NCBI RefSeq assembly: GCF_964355755.1
Contig: NC_092673.1
Location: 28,331,648-28,395,647 of the forward strand
DNA length: 64,000 nucleotides
Reading direction: 5' to 3'
Origin: Antedon mediterranea
Taxonomy: Eukaryota; Animalia; Echinodermata
The position numbers and the translations under genes were made by a program. The notes below the pieces were generated by a model. It saw only the letters and a program-made list of their open reading frames with translations. It was not told the DNA's origin and did not search any database. Position 1 is the stretch's first letter. Each line of letters opens with the position of its first letter. This document shows positions 12,406 through 24,583 of the stretch, piece after piece.

Positions 12406-14747
12406 TTAAGGGGACACTGTTTGGTCCGGATGGTGTTCACTACTCATTATACACAATCTTCTATACATAGTATTTTAATGGTCAAGTAAAAAGTTTTAAA
12501 AAAGAAGTGTGCTGAAAAACTCCCAATTTTTATTTTTTTTTATATTTGTACCTTTTATTTTGTGTTTGGGAGGGGGGTTGTTCTTTCTTGAAAACTACAA
12601 CTCCCTACTGTGAAGGTGTATATTATAGTTTTGTTGTAAAAACTGGTTTAATAATGAATACCTTATTCAGTGAAAAACTTTTGAAAAGCTGAATAGATTG
12701 ATAAATTTTATCTCATAATATCCCTGCCACCTCAATTAAAGTGAAGATAGTACATTTACCAAATCATCTTGCATACAGCTAACTTGATATAGATGATTTA
12801 TGAATTAAAATCATAATGCAGTAAATAAGTTGAAATTTATTAGTTAAAAAAACAAAGCTAACTATGTACTGTATATTTCGCTGAAGTCCGTTTTTAATTT
12901 TGCTTTTTCTTATTTATGTATATTGCATTTAGAATGAGGTATACAGAAGTGGGGGGTGGGGAGATCTGTGGTATTGTCGTAGTTGAGTCTTGGCAAGTAA
13001 AGTTATTTGAATTGTTATAGAATTTTAGAAATAAAGTTTCATTATTTTAATAGAAAAGATAAGGGTTTAAGTTATTCACGTTTTTAGACAAGAAAGAATT
13101 TTAAACTGTTTATTTTAAAAAACTAATTCTTCCATGAGCACAGAATAGAATTGAAAAAAAGAAATTATTTAGTTTTCAGAAAAATACATGGTACTCAAAT
13201 TTGTTAACTTATTTCTTGATATGTTGTATAAAGTATATTTAGTTTAAGGGGGAAAAAACAAGCAACTCAAATTAAAAAAGGACATATGAAATTCAACATA
13301 AACAAATTTATGTTAAATGTAATACATTACGTACAGAGAGATAGGCTCAGTATTTTAGAACTAACTGCAAGTTTCCAGGGTAATATATATATTGTTTGAT
13401 TGAAAATTTTATTTGTAAAATGTGTTTTCAAATTGTTGGTCTTCCGAGTTACATGTTTCCAGTATACATTTAATATTTACAACTATTAATTTATTCGATT
13501 TAATTTATACAGTCAACTCTCTTGCAATACTAGACACCCTCAAGCTGTGTTTTCTCGAAAGTCGGTAAACGGCAAAAAGGAATTTAGAACCTTTTGAACC
13601 TCAAAGAAAAGTCTGATATTGGGAGAGACAGAGTCCGTACAGTATTTGTAGAGTTGACTGTAATTATGCACAGACATATGTCACTGCCTGTAAACTTCTG
13701 TCTATACTATCAAACTTTATGTGACAAAAAAAAATGTAATGTGCCCATATACGGACATGATGATGTCATATCACTACCATATTTAGGCATATATCACTAC
13801 CGTATTTGGGCACATCACACTTTTGTTGTCGAACAGTTTGATAGTGTAGACAGAGCGAAACACTTTAAAACACCGATTGATTGATTGCTAACCATTACAA
13901 CCTCATTGCTAAATGTGGCCAGTAAACAATGTGATATTAAGGGTTTAAAAACATATTTATACAATATAGCAGAATTCATTACTGTACAATCATTCCAATA
14001 ATACATTTGTTTTATCTATCTATATTTTCACGATGTTTACCAAATGCGTGTAGTACCGTATGCACACATGGTACATCATATGTTCACGCTGTCTACCAAA
14101 TGTGTTGAGTGTACACACATGGTACATTGATATTGTAAAATTACAATCAAAAACATTTTTTTGCGATAGAACAAGATTTAATTATAAAGAAAGAATTTAA
14201 GATGTATTTCAGGGAATGAGACAGTTTGTAATATGTATCTCCCTCTTATAAAAGATGGAGTAATTGTAAATTACTTAAATAAGTGTTATATATTAGTTAA
14301 GCGTTCTTTTTTATGCCTACAAAAAAACAAAAAAAAACATTTCTTTAAAAGCAGCACTATTGAGCATGTGTGATTATTTGAATGAATGCATGTTTTTTCG
14401 TCCAATTCTTTTTTATTTCTTTCATCATTTTTTCAAAATAAAGATTACTCTTTTTAACTAATTTGTTCAAAATCTCCTGTGCTATATAAAAACATATTTC
14501 AAATTTTCATACATGCTTTTTGTAATTTCTATGTAGTGTAATTACAAAAATGCAGAAAATCAGTGTTCGTTAAAATTATGAATGCATTGCACTATACAAT
14601 GCTCCGTAGTGATGATTAGTTGTTAAATTGTAAATTTAGTTGAGTATAGGTTATTATTACAAAGAAGATTTATGTTCTTTGTTCTTGCTTCGCATTTATT
14701 TTTGAAGATAATAAAATTCTGACAGTCGTAAAAGTATTTTCCATTTT

Positions 14748-15602
14748 TTACCTCCGCCAAGGAGGTATATGTAATCGGTAGCGTGTGTTTGTTTGTTTGT
14801 TTGTTTGTTAGCAGGATTACTCAAAAAGTAATTATAAGATCTTTACCAAAATGAATAGACAGATAGATATGTGGTCAAGAACCATTCCATTAAATTTTGG
14901 GACCACAGTCCCAATTCGGGACCACTTTTGTGTATACTTTTTTAGACCTGCTAGTGTTAAAAGATAGGACAGAATTTTTCAAAAGCCGGCGAGCAGTCTT
15001 AAAGTAACAAGTAAACTGAAATTGCATTTTCTCGAGAACTACTTGTCCAAAAAACTTAATTTTTGAACAAGAGGCAAGAGTTATAATTTGTGATTTGTAA
15101 TTTTAAAACAGAATTTGATTTAATGTGCACATATTTTGATGCGAGTAGTTTAAAAAACCTATTTTCAAATTCACTCGTTTGATTTTCGCGTTGCTGTTCT
15201 ATTGTTAGTCAACTGAAGCTATTGTTAACTGAAAGGCTTGTTACATAACCATTACACCAAACTCGCATGCTTGTAATGAAATTAGCCTAAATCACAAACA
15301 GCATTTAAGACACACACAAATATATATATACAGTCAACTCTCCCAATACCGGACACCTTTGGGCCGGCCAAATAAGTCTGGTTTTCCGGAAAGTCTGGTA
15401 TTCGGAATGTGTTTTTAATGGTAAATATAAATTTGGGACCTTTTGGTCCTCAAAAAAAGTCTGGTATTGGGAGAGTTTCTGGTTTTCAGAGAGTCCGGTA
15501 TTGGGAGAGTTGACTGTATATATATTTTTTTACCGGAGAAATCTTATGTAGGAGAATTTTACAGTAGGTGGAGGTATGCCCTCTCGGAGTGGCTTTCTAG
15601 TT
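14748..15602 (+). mobile_element. Non-autonomous Helentron/HINE-like element
   Basis: Starts TTACCTCCGCCAAGGAGGT, contains a (GTTT)n microsatellite, and ends with the subterminal inverted repeat GGTGGAGGTA, a short hairpin and CTAG-TTT; inserted in a T-run. Confidence 0.7.
15331..15516. mobile_element. Tc1/mariner-type MITE (CAGTC termini, TA TSD) nested in the Helentron-like element
   Basis: TIR CAGTCAACTCTCCCAATACCGGAC inserted in a (TA)n tract; relatives at 13510-13660, ~23668-23838 and ~46700-46886. Confidence 0.85.
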
Positions 15603-16458
15603 TTAAATGTTTTACGTTGTTGACAAAATGAATACTGTAATAATATTGAAATACTGAAGTAAAGGTAAATAATAAATAAGAAACACAACAATTTAATCTA
15701 ACATTACAAACATTAACATTCAAGAATCGATTGGTTTAGGATTGATTTGTATATTATATTTAATATTGTAAAATGTTGACGACCAGTTTGTTGTTTATAT
15801 TGTCATTATCATTCATAAAGTCACTTTTTGCGCACCATAGTTACAAATACGCCGCCAGTTTTTCATGCAAGCGCGGAATTGACGAGAGAGTCGAGCGGAA
15901 GATCGAAGTGAACAAAAGAGCCACTACTTCACTACTTACTACTACTACTAGGCCAGGCCTAGAACTCGGACATGGTATAAAAAAAAAAAGTAATTCTAAA
16001 TTTTATTAGTAGGCTTACCTAGCTAAAATAAGCTAACTAGCTTAAGCTTAGGCTAAGCCCATCCGACCACCACCACCACCAGCAGCAGAAAGAGGCCAAC
16101 CAAGCGCGATAGAGAGAGTACTTTAATAATAATAGTTAGTTAAGTTAGGGCTAGGCTAGGCCTAACTAGTAGGCTACTTACTTGGCTAGGCCTAAGTATT
16201 AAGCTAGGCCTACCTAGGCCTAGACCTTAAACACAACTTACATAGGCCTATGCTATTAGTATTATAGTTGTATTAATATATAAATGCAATAAAGCTTTAG
16301 TAACAGAAACGTAGTTAATTCATTCACTCAATTGATTGACTTTTTATCACAGAGGCACACATTCATATGGCTAAACACTTTTGACCAATCAGAGAGCCCC
16401 AATGCTGGAATGACGATTGATCACTTTATTTCAGAATAACAAAATTCTCAATACTGGC

Positions 16459-16500
16459 GTTTAACCATGGAGTAAAGAATTCTTTACTCCATGGTTTAAC
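16459..16500. mobile_element. 28-bp perfect palindrome with 7-bp TSD (P-element-type footprint)
   Basis: GTTTAAC|CATGGAGTAAAGAATTCTTTACTCCATG|GTTTAAC. Confidence 0.75.
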
Positions 16501-16552
16501 AGCAGCAGAATTTTTTTTTTTAATTTCTTTTTTTTCTTTATATTTTACAGAA

Positions 16553-19500
16553 ATGACTTTTGCTTTCAAAGATAAACACATCAATTTGTGTTCAGAAGCT
16601 GAGCATGATTACACTGTTGATATCAAAACAAATAAAGTTCCTCTCATCATCGATAATGGTAAGATATACACTAAGCTTTATAAGCTCTGTTCACACTATC
16701 AAACTTTATGTTACAACAAAATGTGATGTGCCCATATATGGACATGATAATGTCATATCACTACCATATTTAGGTATATTACTATCATATTTCATTGGAC
16801 ACAGAACACTTTTTGTTCAAAATAGTTTGATAGTGTAGACAGAGCCTTAGGATTAAATCCTGTTCACATTGAAATAAATACACATAGTCATAGGAAGTGT
16901 TTTTCCAGCTTAACACTTAGCCACGTTCATATTGGCAAGAACCACAACATGTCTGTTTACATGTCTCTCTGATCAATTTTACTATTATGTATTGTTGTTT
17001 TTAAAATTTAACTTAGGAAGTTGTAATGTTTTTCTTTTTGTATTTGGGGACCCAATGGAAATAAGGTTTTTATTAAATTTTCATTGGTTATCCTCAGTTA
17101 AAAAGTATCCTTTTTTTTTTTAATTTTTGTCTATAAAATTGAATGAACTGAATAAAATGAGAAAAAAAATTGTAACACCATATGCTGTGCAGTATTTTCA
17201 TATATTCTTTTTTAATAATAAACTTATGATACCTTATTTTGTTTAGGGTCATATCAGTGCAGGGCAGGCTGGGCTACCGAAGACAACCCTAGACTTATAT
17301 TCAGAAATTTAGTGGCCAAGCAAAGAAGCAAAAAAGACGTCATTAATGAAACTTATATTGGAAATGACATCACAAACATAGAAGTTGTTCGATGGATGCT
17401 AAAAAATCATTTTGATCGTGATGTTGTCGTAAATTATGATCTACAGGAGCAGGTATTTGATCACGTTTTTTCTCATCTTGGTATAGAAGGTCAAGGGTCG
17501 TTGGAACATCCCATTGTGTTAATGGAGGCTGTCTGTAATCCAAATCATTCACGGCAATGTAAGTAATAATTCAGTATTTTTCAGAAAAGTGTTTGCTTGG
17601 ACAAATTTCTTGCTTAAAGGCTGTCTTAATGTGTTAATATATTTTTTCCATTTCAGTGATGAACGAGCTTTTATTTGAATGTTACCGAGTTCCGTCTGTG
17701 TCATTAGGTGTTGACGCCCTCTACAGTTTGTACAACAACAGACCAGAATCAAGTACGTTTATTGAAATAGCTGTTTTCTATTAAATCTGGCACGTAAGGC
17801 TTACCTATAGTATTTAATTTCTTGTGGTTATAGTCAGTGAGTTATGAGCATTCACTGGCTAAACCCAGGGGCCCCAGAGCTCAAGGGGCCCCAGAGCTCA
17901 AGGGGCCCCAGAGCTCAAGGGGCCCCAGAGCTCAAGGGGCCCCAGAGCTCAAGGGGCCCCAGAGCTCAAGGGGCCCCAGAGCTCAAGGGGCCCCAGAGCT
18001 CAAGGGGCCCCAGAGCTCAAGGGGCCCCAGAGCATGAGCAGCCCCAATGCAAGCATTGGATGGTCCCTTTGGAGTGCTAAACTAGGGGACTTTGCGCTGT
18101 TCGTTACACCACTGTGATTATAGTCGTTCTATGTTAGTATTCAATTATTGTATTCTGGATTGCACACGTAAAAGTGTCGTCGTACATGCTTGACCATCCC
18201 AGCGGACAGTGAACCACTTTCTTTCCATTTGCACAATTTGACCAATGTATTTTAAATATTTTCAGTGAAATTCGATGGTATCATTTTATCGTCTGGTTAC
18301 CAGACAAGTCATGTTCTACCTTTTGTAAATGGTAAATTGGATGTTACGCAATGCCGACGTATCAACGTTGGAGGATCACAGTCTGTAGCGTTCCTACATC
18401 GACTGCTTCAATTAAAGTACCATAGACATTTTGCCGCTATTAACCTTAGCCGATCTGAGGTAGGGATGCTCTCAGAAGTTTGCATTACCAAAGCGTATGT
18501 TTGGGGACGGGATAAAAAATTGTTCCAAGTTTTTCTTTTATTACTCAACAGTGACACAGGTCATAAATATTGGAAAAGCAAGCAATACATTTTTTTAAAT
18601 TTCATACGCATCCAACAGCAAGTAACTCCAATTACAGGATGGATAAACTATTAAATAATTTATCGTGCTTACATTGCATACAGTCTCATTTGAGGCTTAG
18701 GGAGTGGAGTTGAAAGAGTTGTGAGTTACAGCCATGGCAATAGGTCAGGATTGAACCCTGGACCTTGGGATAGGAAGGCAAACGTGTTAACCACCAAGCT
18801 ACAGCTCCACTACTTTTGAAGTACTTTCCACATTTCATAGACAAACTCCTATAAAGCATTTTGGTTTGTGTCAAAAGAGTATGGGTGATGTTTAACTTAT
18901 ATCACACCATTGGTAGGTGCTATACAAAAGCTTTAGAATAGACTTTAGGCAGCAGAGATGACATTCAGGTCCCTTACGATTTATATCTTCCAAATAAACT
19001 CAAATGTCTCTGTTTTTGTAATTTATCATTTCTTGCAGGAAATGTTAAAAGAGCATTGTTACATAGCAGAAGAATTTTGTTCTAATCTTGAACTGTGGAG
19101 TAAACAAAACTATTACAACGAACATGTTCATAAAATGCAGTTGCCATATACCCCAGTAAGAGCAAATATTTTTACTTATAATCATATATACTTATCAGTT
19201 TTGGTATGCTGGAATTTAGCCTAAATTAGGGGGTGGGATTATATACTCAAGCATGGGCTTATACTCGGTCATATATGGTATTTATTGTATTGACTTTGTA
19301 TTGCATAGCTTCCAGGTTGGTCTACCGGAGACAAGATTGAACAAAGAAAACAAAAGGTTGAACGACTCAAAGAACTTAATGCTAAAAGAAGGCAGGAAAA
19401 GGTTGGAACTTTTGTTTAATAAATATTTTTTTTATCTTAATTGACACAATTTCAGCGGAATTTGCAATAGTAAAACCATCATGAAACTATCATCTTTTTT

Positions 19501-22500
19501 CAATTATTTTTCATCAATATCCAAGCTTGCTTCACCAGTTCATCTTTGTATTTTTTTCCTTCATATAATTTATCTAAAAAAAATCAATACATTTTTAGTA
19601 TATCACTGACCGGTTTAGAATTCGTTCGATGTACACTATGTTAATATAATACCGTATATCCTCTAGTATAATCCCCCCACCCCTTCCACCCCTAAGAACA
19701 AGAAATTGAGCCAACTTTGGTGGGTGGGCTATACCCGGAGAAGCCTGGTTCAGGAAAAAAATATAATTGGTAATTAAGCATTTCTTTTAAAAACTCATCT
19801 GAACTGGCTAGAGAGAGGCTTACATCCAGTCACATCCTGGACTATACCCAGGGATATGCCTGTTTGTGAAATCAGACATAAAGTAGGGGGTCGGATTAAA
19901 CCCGAAGATATGCTTGTTTGTGAAATCGGACATAAAGTAGGGGGTTGGATTACACCCGGAGTGGGATAATACCTGAGGATATACGGTAAATGTTAATACA
20001 GTATGCTATGATGTATCCTGTCTCTCCTCAAAGCTAACTGCTGACCAAGAAAAGTTAAAACAATTGTTGGAAGCTCTCACAGCATTGCATGAAGATGAAG
20101 ACGATGATGATGATTCAAGATTTGTAAGTACACTGATTCAAATATGGTAGTAATGTGCCCAAATATGGTAGTGATGTACCCAAATATGGTGGTGATATGA
20201 CATCATCGTGTCCATATTATGAGCACATATAGTTTGATAGTGTAGACAGAGCTTTATGAAGAGAAAGGACAGACAGACAGACAAGGATTTATTGATTGTT
20301 TTGTTGCTACATCTTAAACCTTAGAACCATACCTAGATCTCCAATTTGATATTTGATTCTGCTTTCACCAACATTTTTAATTTTAATAACTGTTTTTACT
20401 GCTTCTTTGTTTAAGAAACTTATTGAAGAATTAGGATTTTCAAATGAGGATGAAATATTGTTGGCTGTTGGCAAGCTGAAGGCATCCATTCGTAAAGCCA
20501 AAGATAAGATGAATGACACAGAGGTCAGTTACCATACCTGCACTAACCAGGTTCATTGGTTCATATAATCTGTTTGATTTTCTCACAATTAAGATGGTAT
20601 ACATTCAAACAACCAATAATAAGGAAAAATCGAAATAAAAATGATAAAAGTAAAACAGCCAGAAAAAAAAATGCAAGATGTTTTTCTATTAGACCTGTGA
20701 AGGGACGGATTACGACTTGCTAGGAATTTCTGATGAGAAATTGACGATGGAGATGCAAGAGAAGAAGAAGCGCCAACAAGTGATGAAAACGATACAAGAG
20801 ACGCTAACCAAGAGAGTGAAAGAAGAAGTTAGAAACAGGATGGAGGAAGGACTGAAACTATTAGAGGAAAACAGAGAAGAAGAGTTCCAAGAATGGTTAC
20901 AAAATGTAAAATCTGTCAAGCAGGTAGGAATAAAAACTACTAACATTTTCTGGGAGTCTTAATAAATGAGCATTTATAACATGCTCTAAAGCTCTGTCTA
21001 CTCTATTAAACTATAGTTGACAAAATAAAAGCTTAAAATCTGTCTACTATCAAACTAGTTGACAAAATAGTGTGATGTGCCCAAATATGGTAGTGATATA
21101 TCCAAGTTTTGAAATAAAATTCCTATTTTGGGACACACATTCAAGCTCATTGATAATATTTTACCTACATTTACAATTTTTGTTATTATTCATATCAATA
21201 TATAAAACAATTTTGTAGGAGATTGTGGATAAAAGGACCACAAGACATCAAAAAAGGAGCAAACAAGCAAAGCGAGGGACTTTGGAGGCGCAAGAAAGAA
21301 TGAAAAGACTAGCCCAACTGGCTCAAGATAGTACGTATCAGAAGTATTTGTTTTGTTTTTCTACAATTTTCAGGACCGTTCTATGGTTACCACCAGGTAG
21401 GCTTGCTTCATCAACGCTTCTATGAATGGATGACTAGTTGGGAGCAGGAACGCTAGTAGACGAAACCCAGTTCCATTTTTTATTGCGATCATGCGGGAAA
21501 TTAAGTATTTTAACTGCTTTATTCTAGCCTTGTATTTTGTATCGCAAACATATGTGAATCACTTCGGCGAGTGTGTAGCAATTGTGTCATTTTGCGAAAT
21601 TATTCCCTGTGTTAAGTAAATCGCTTTGTTTGTTTTTTGTTTTTTATCAGCTAAGAAGAAAGAAGATACATTTGGAATGAATGATGATGATTGGGACGTA
21701 TACAAACAAGTTGTAAGAATTTATTTTGTTTCGTATTGCTCCCCATATTCGTATGAAATTATTTTTTTTTTCAGTAATATGCTCTCTACTAAAATTATTT
21801 ACTTCAATTGTTTTGATTCAGTAATACCAGTACTAAAATTATTTACTTACATTTTTTTAATTCAGTAATGCTCCCCATACTAAAATTACTTATTTCAATG
21901 CTCCCCAAAATACTGGTTTTTGATTATTTTTTCCTTTTTCATAATCAATAACAATACTTTACAATATAGAATTAAATTTGTCATTATTTCTCAATGCTCC
22001 CTCGGTTTTCAGTTTACGCATCAATGGATCTTCTCGATGTTTCCTTGACAACTATTTTAATGTTTTTTCAGAGTCGTGATGGTGATGACAGTGACTCCGA
22101 AGAAGAGCAGGAAAAACTAATGGAACTTGAACAGTTATTGCAAGATTTTGACCCTAGCTATGAAAAGTAAACAATTGTGTACACTTAACGATGTCTTGTC
22201 CCCCAAAAACATGAAAAATGAAAATTCAAAAATCAGACTTTAAATACGCCATGTTGCAGTATTAATAAAGTTATTCACTTCTGTAAAGAAAAACCAAAGA
22301 AAACAAATTATTTCACTTTTAAAAAGACAAAAGAAACAATTAATTTTAACCAAAAACAATTGTCTGACAGACAATTTAAGTATTTCTTACTTTAAATTAC
22401 ATTTTTTCGGCTAAATACATTTTTTTTTTCAGTTTTTGGTCAAAGTGAATAACTATTATGTGCCATTAAAATGGCACGTTCAAAAAAAAATTTGAAAAAA

Positions 22501-23587
22501 ATATTTTGTAGGGGGACAATATATCTTTAAGCACAAATGAGATAAAAGCTTTCAAAAATGGATATAGAATTTTAATTAATATAGCAAAATGTAAACAAAT
22601 GGCATTGTTACTTTTTGGAAATAATTTAAAGGATTGGTAAAAATTGGACTGGGTTATTTATTCCTTTTTAATTAAATTTTTTTTTATTTCACAGGGAATC
22701 AAACATCTCCTCTAGTCATTTTAACCTGGCAGAGTACTATCAACTCCACCTTGGAACAGAAAGGATTCGAGCCCCAGAGATATTGTTCCAGCCTTCAATG
22801 ATTGGCTTAGAACAAGGAGGCCTAGCAGAAACCCTTCAGTTTGTACTCAGTAAATATAGCCCTGAGGTTCAGAACAGATTAGTTCAGGTTTGTAAAGCTC
22901 TGTCTACACTATCAAACTAGTTTGACAAAAAAAGTGTGATGTGCCCAAATAAGGTAGTGATATTCCCAAATATGGTAATGATACACCATCATTATGTCCA
23001 TATATGGGCACATCACATTTTTTTGTTTGATAGTGTAGACAGTGCTTAATAGCATTTTATACATTTTTAAAACTGTAGTTTTACCAATTTCATCTCTAAA
23101 ATCTTGTTTTCTTGGAAGCCATTTCTTGATTTCTTTATGTAAAATGTTTCGACTGTAATCTAAAGATTGTTTTCAACGTTTTCTATAGAATGTATTTATA
23201 ACTGGTGGGAATATGTCATACCCAGGAATAGAGCAAAGAATCACAAAAGAATTGCTTGAGATGCGACCCTTTCAATCCACGTTTAATATACTAAAAGCTG
23301 GTAAGTAAATTTTTATTGTAACATATCAAACATTAAAAGAAAACCCCTATTCAAGGGTGACAAATGGTGCCAATTTTGACCAATGACAAGTAGTGTATCT
23401 GAAATTTGTACCATTTTTTTCTCTAGCCGATCCTGTTCTTGATCCATGGTATGGGGCCAAGAAGTGGGCTAGTGACTCTGATCAACTTATTTCTGGGAGT
23501 TGCTCAAGAGCAGAGTATGAAGAGAAAGGCATGGACTACCTTAAGGAACACATTGCATCAAATATCTACTCTCCAAATTTGAAATGA
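16553..23587 (+). CDS. ACTR5: Actin-related protein 5 (INO80 complex subunit), 15 coding exons
   Basis: Exons 16553-16658, 17247-17558, 17657-17752, 18266-18459, 19039-19155, 19309-19401, 20034-20123, 20416-20523, 20693-20923, 21219-21330, 21651-21712, 22072-22166, 22695-22887, 23189-23300 and 23427-23587. Motifs: [102 protein letters not shown]. Confidence 0.95.
16850..17170 (+). mobile_element. LINE 3'-UTR remnant in an ACTR5 intron
   Basis: GGACCCAATGGAAATAAG..GGTTATCC matches the 3' UTR motif of the LINE at ~57303, followed by AATAAA and an A-rich tail. Confidence 0.55.
17867..18033. repeat. 17-bp GC-rich minisatellite, about 10 copies, in ACTR5 intron 3
   Basis: Perfect (AGGGGCCCCAGAGCTCA)n repeats inside a CAGTG...CACTG-bounded insertion (~17835-18114). 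Confidence 0.95.
18596..18813 (-). mobile_element. tRNA-derived SINE family 1 (also 1680-1838 -, 6028-6215 +, 30571-30753 -)
   Basis: Head GTAGTGGAGCTGTAGCTTGGTGGTTAA (A box) and GGTTCAATCC (B box); shared body ending GGATGCGTATGAAAT. Confidence 0.8.
19652..19986. mobile_element. Tc1/mariner-type MITE (CCGTA termini, TA TSD)
   Basis: TA|CCGTATATCCTC ... GAGGATATACGG|TA; related fragments near 19229-19279 and 33001-33056. Confidence 0.75.
22189..22526. mobile_element. TTAA-TSD MITE (Kolobok-like), copy 1
   Basis: TTAA|CGATGTCTTGTCCCCC ... GGGGGACAATATATCT|TTAA; inverted homolog at 51911-52189. Confidence 0.75.
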
Positions 23588-24583
23588 TTGTAGTATTTAG
23601 TAAGGAACGTCAATCTACATACATCTTACCAGGAAAGAGTGAAATTATTAATTCACTCTACCCTGAACTCAACTCCCCCAATACCAGACTCTGAAAACCG
23701 GAAACTCTCCCAATACAGACTTTCCTTGAAGTCTAAACATTCCTAAATTTATTTTTACAATTAGAAACACATTCCAATACCAGTCTTCCTGGAAAACCAG
23801 ACATATTAGGTCAGGTATGTGTCTGGTATTGGGAGATTTTAATGCATTTACTACAATAGTATCACACACAGGATATAATATGTCATGTTTTCCATAAGAT
23901 TCAATTTATACATATGTCGAACAAACAAAATCGAGAGATCAAGAAGACGAGAGTTAAAAAATAACAAACATGCACACATTTATTGTCCCAAATGTCTTGC
24001 CATACCTATTTCTATATCTAGTTTTTCGTTTTGATATTACTATTAAGCACCATTATCAATACTGCAATACACAGTATTTAATTCAATTATAGAAATTAAA
24101 GATCATATACAAAAATAAATTATAAAATACTGTACTTTTACATAAAATTGTGTTCAGATATGCATAGATTTTGTGAATTTAGCATAGTGGTAGAATTTCT
24201 TTAAGTAAACTCTTACTGTATTGCTGCCATGTGGTATAAATGTAAATCACCTTAAGTACAACTGGTAACAATTGTACTTAAACTTAAGTATTATTGCCTG
24301 GATGTGACTTTCCCAATGGTTTATCTTGTATCATGCTTTAAAACTCTAAATCTCCTATACATATTGTGTGTATACAGCTCTTCATTACATTGTGTCATCC
24401 TTTGTAAAGCTCTGTAAACACTATCAAACTTTATGCGACAAACAAAATGTGATGTGCCCAAATATGGACATGATGATGTCATATCACTACCATGTTTGGG
24501 CACATCACTTTTTTTGACAAACTAGTTTAATAGTGTAAACAGAGCTTTAACACACCATCTGACTTGCTCTGCTCACAATATTT

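Noticed and set aside
17837-18080. Repetitive [17 protein letters not shown] ORFs (collagen-like)
   Set aside because: Translation of a 17-bp intronic minisatellite; the unit is not a multiple of 3 and lies within ACTR5 intron 3.
18740-18813. tRNA genes at SINE heads (also ~63400-63477)
   Set aside because: A and B boxes are present but there is no convincing cloverleaf, and each head continues into a repeated SINE body.
20011-20033. GTATCCT as a U12 donor in ACTR5
   Set aside because: It lies at the 3' end of an intron that already has a normal donor at 19402; no exon ends there.
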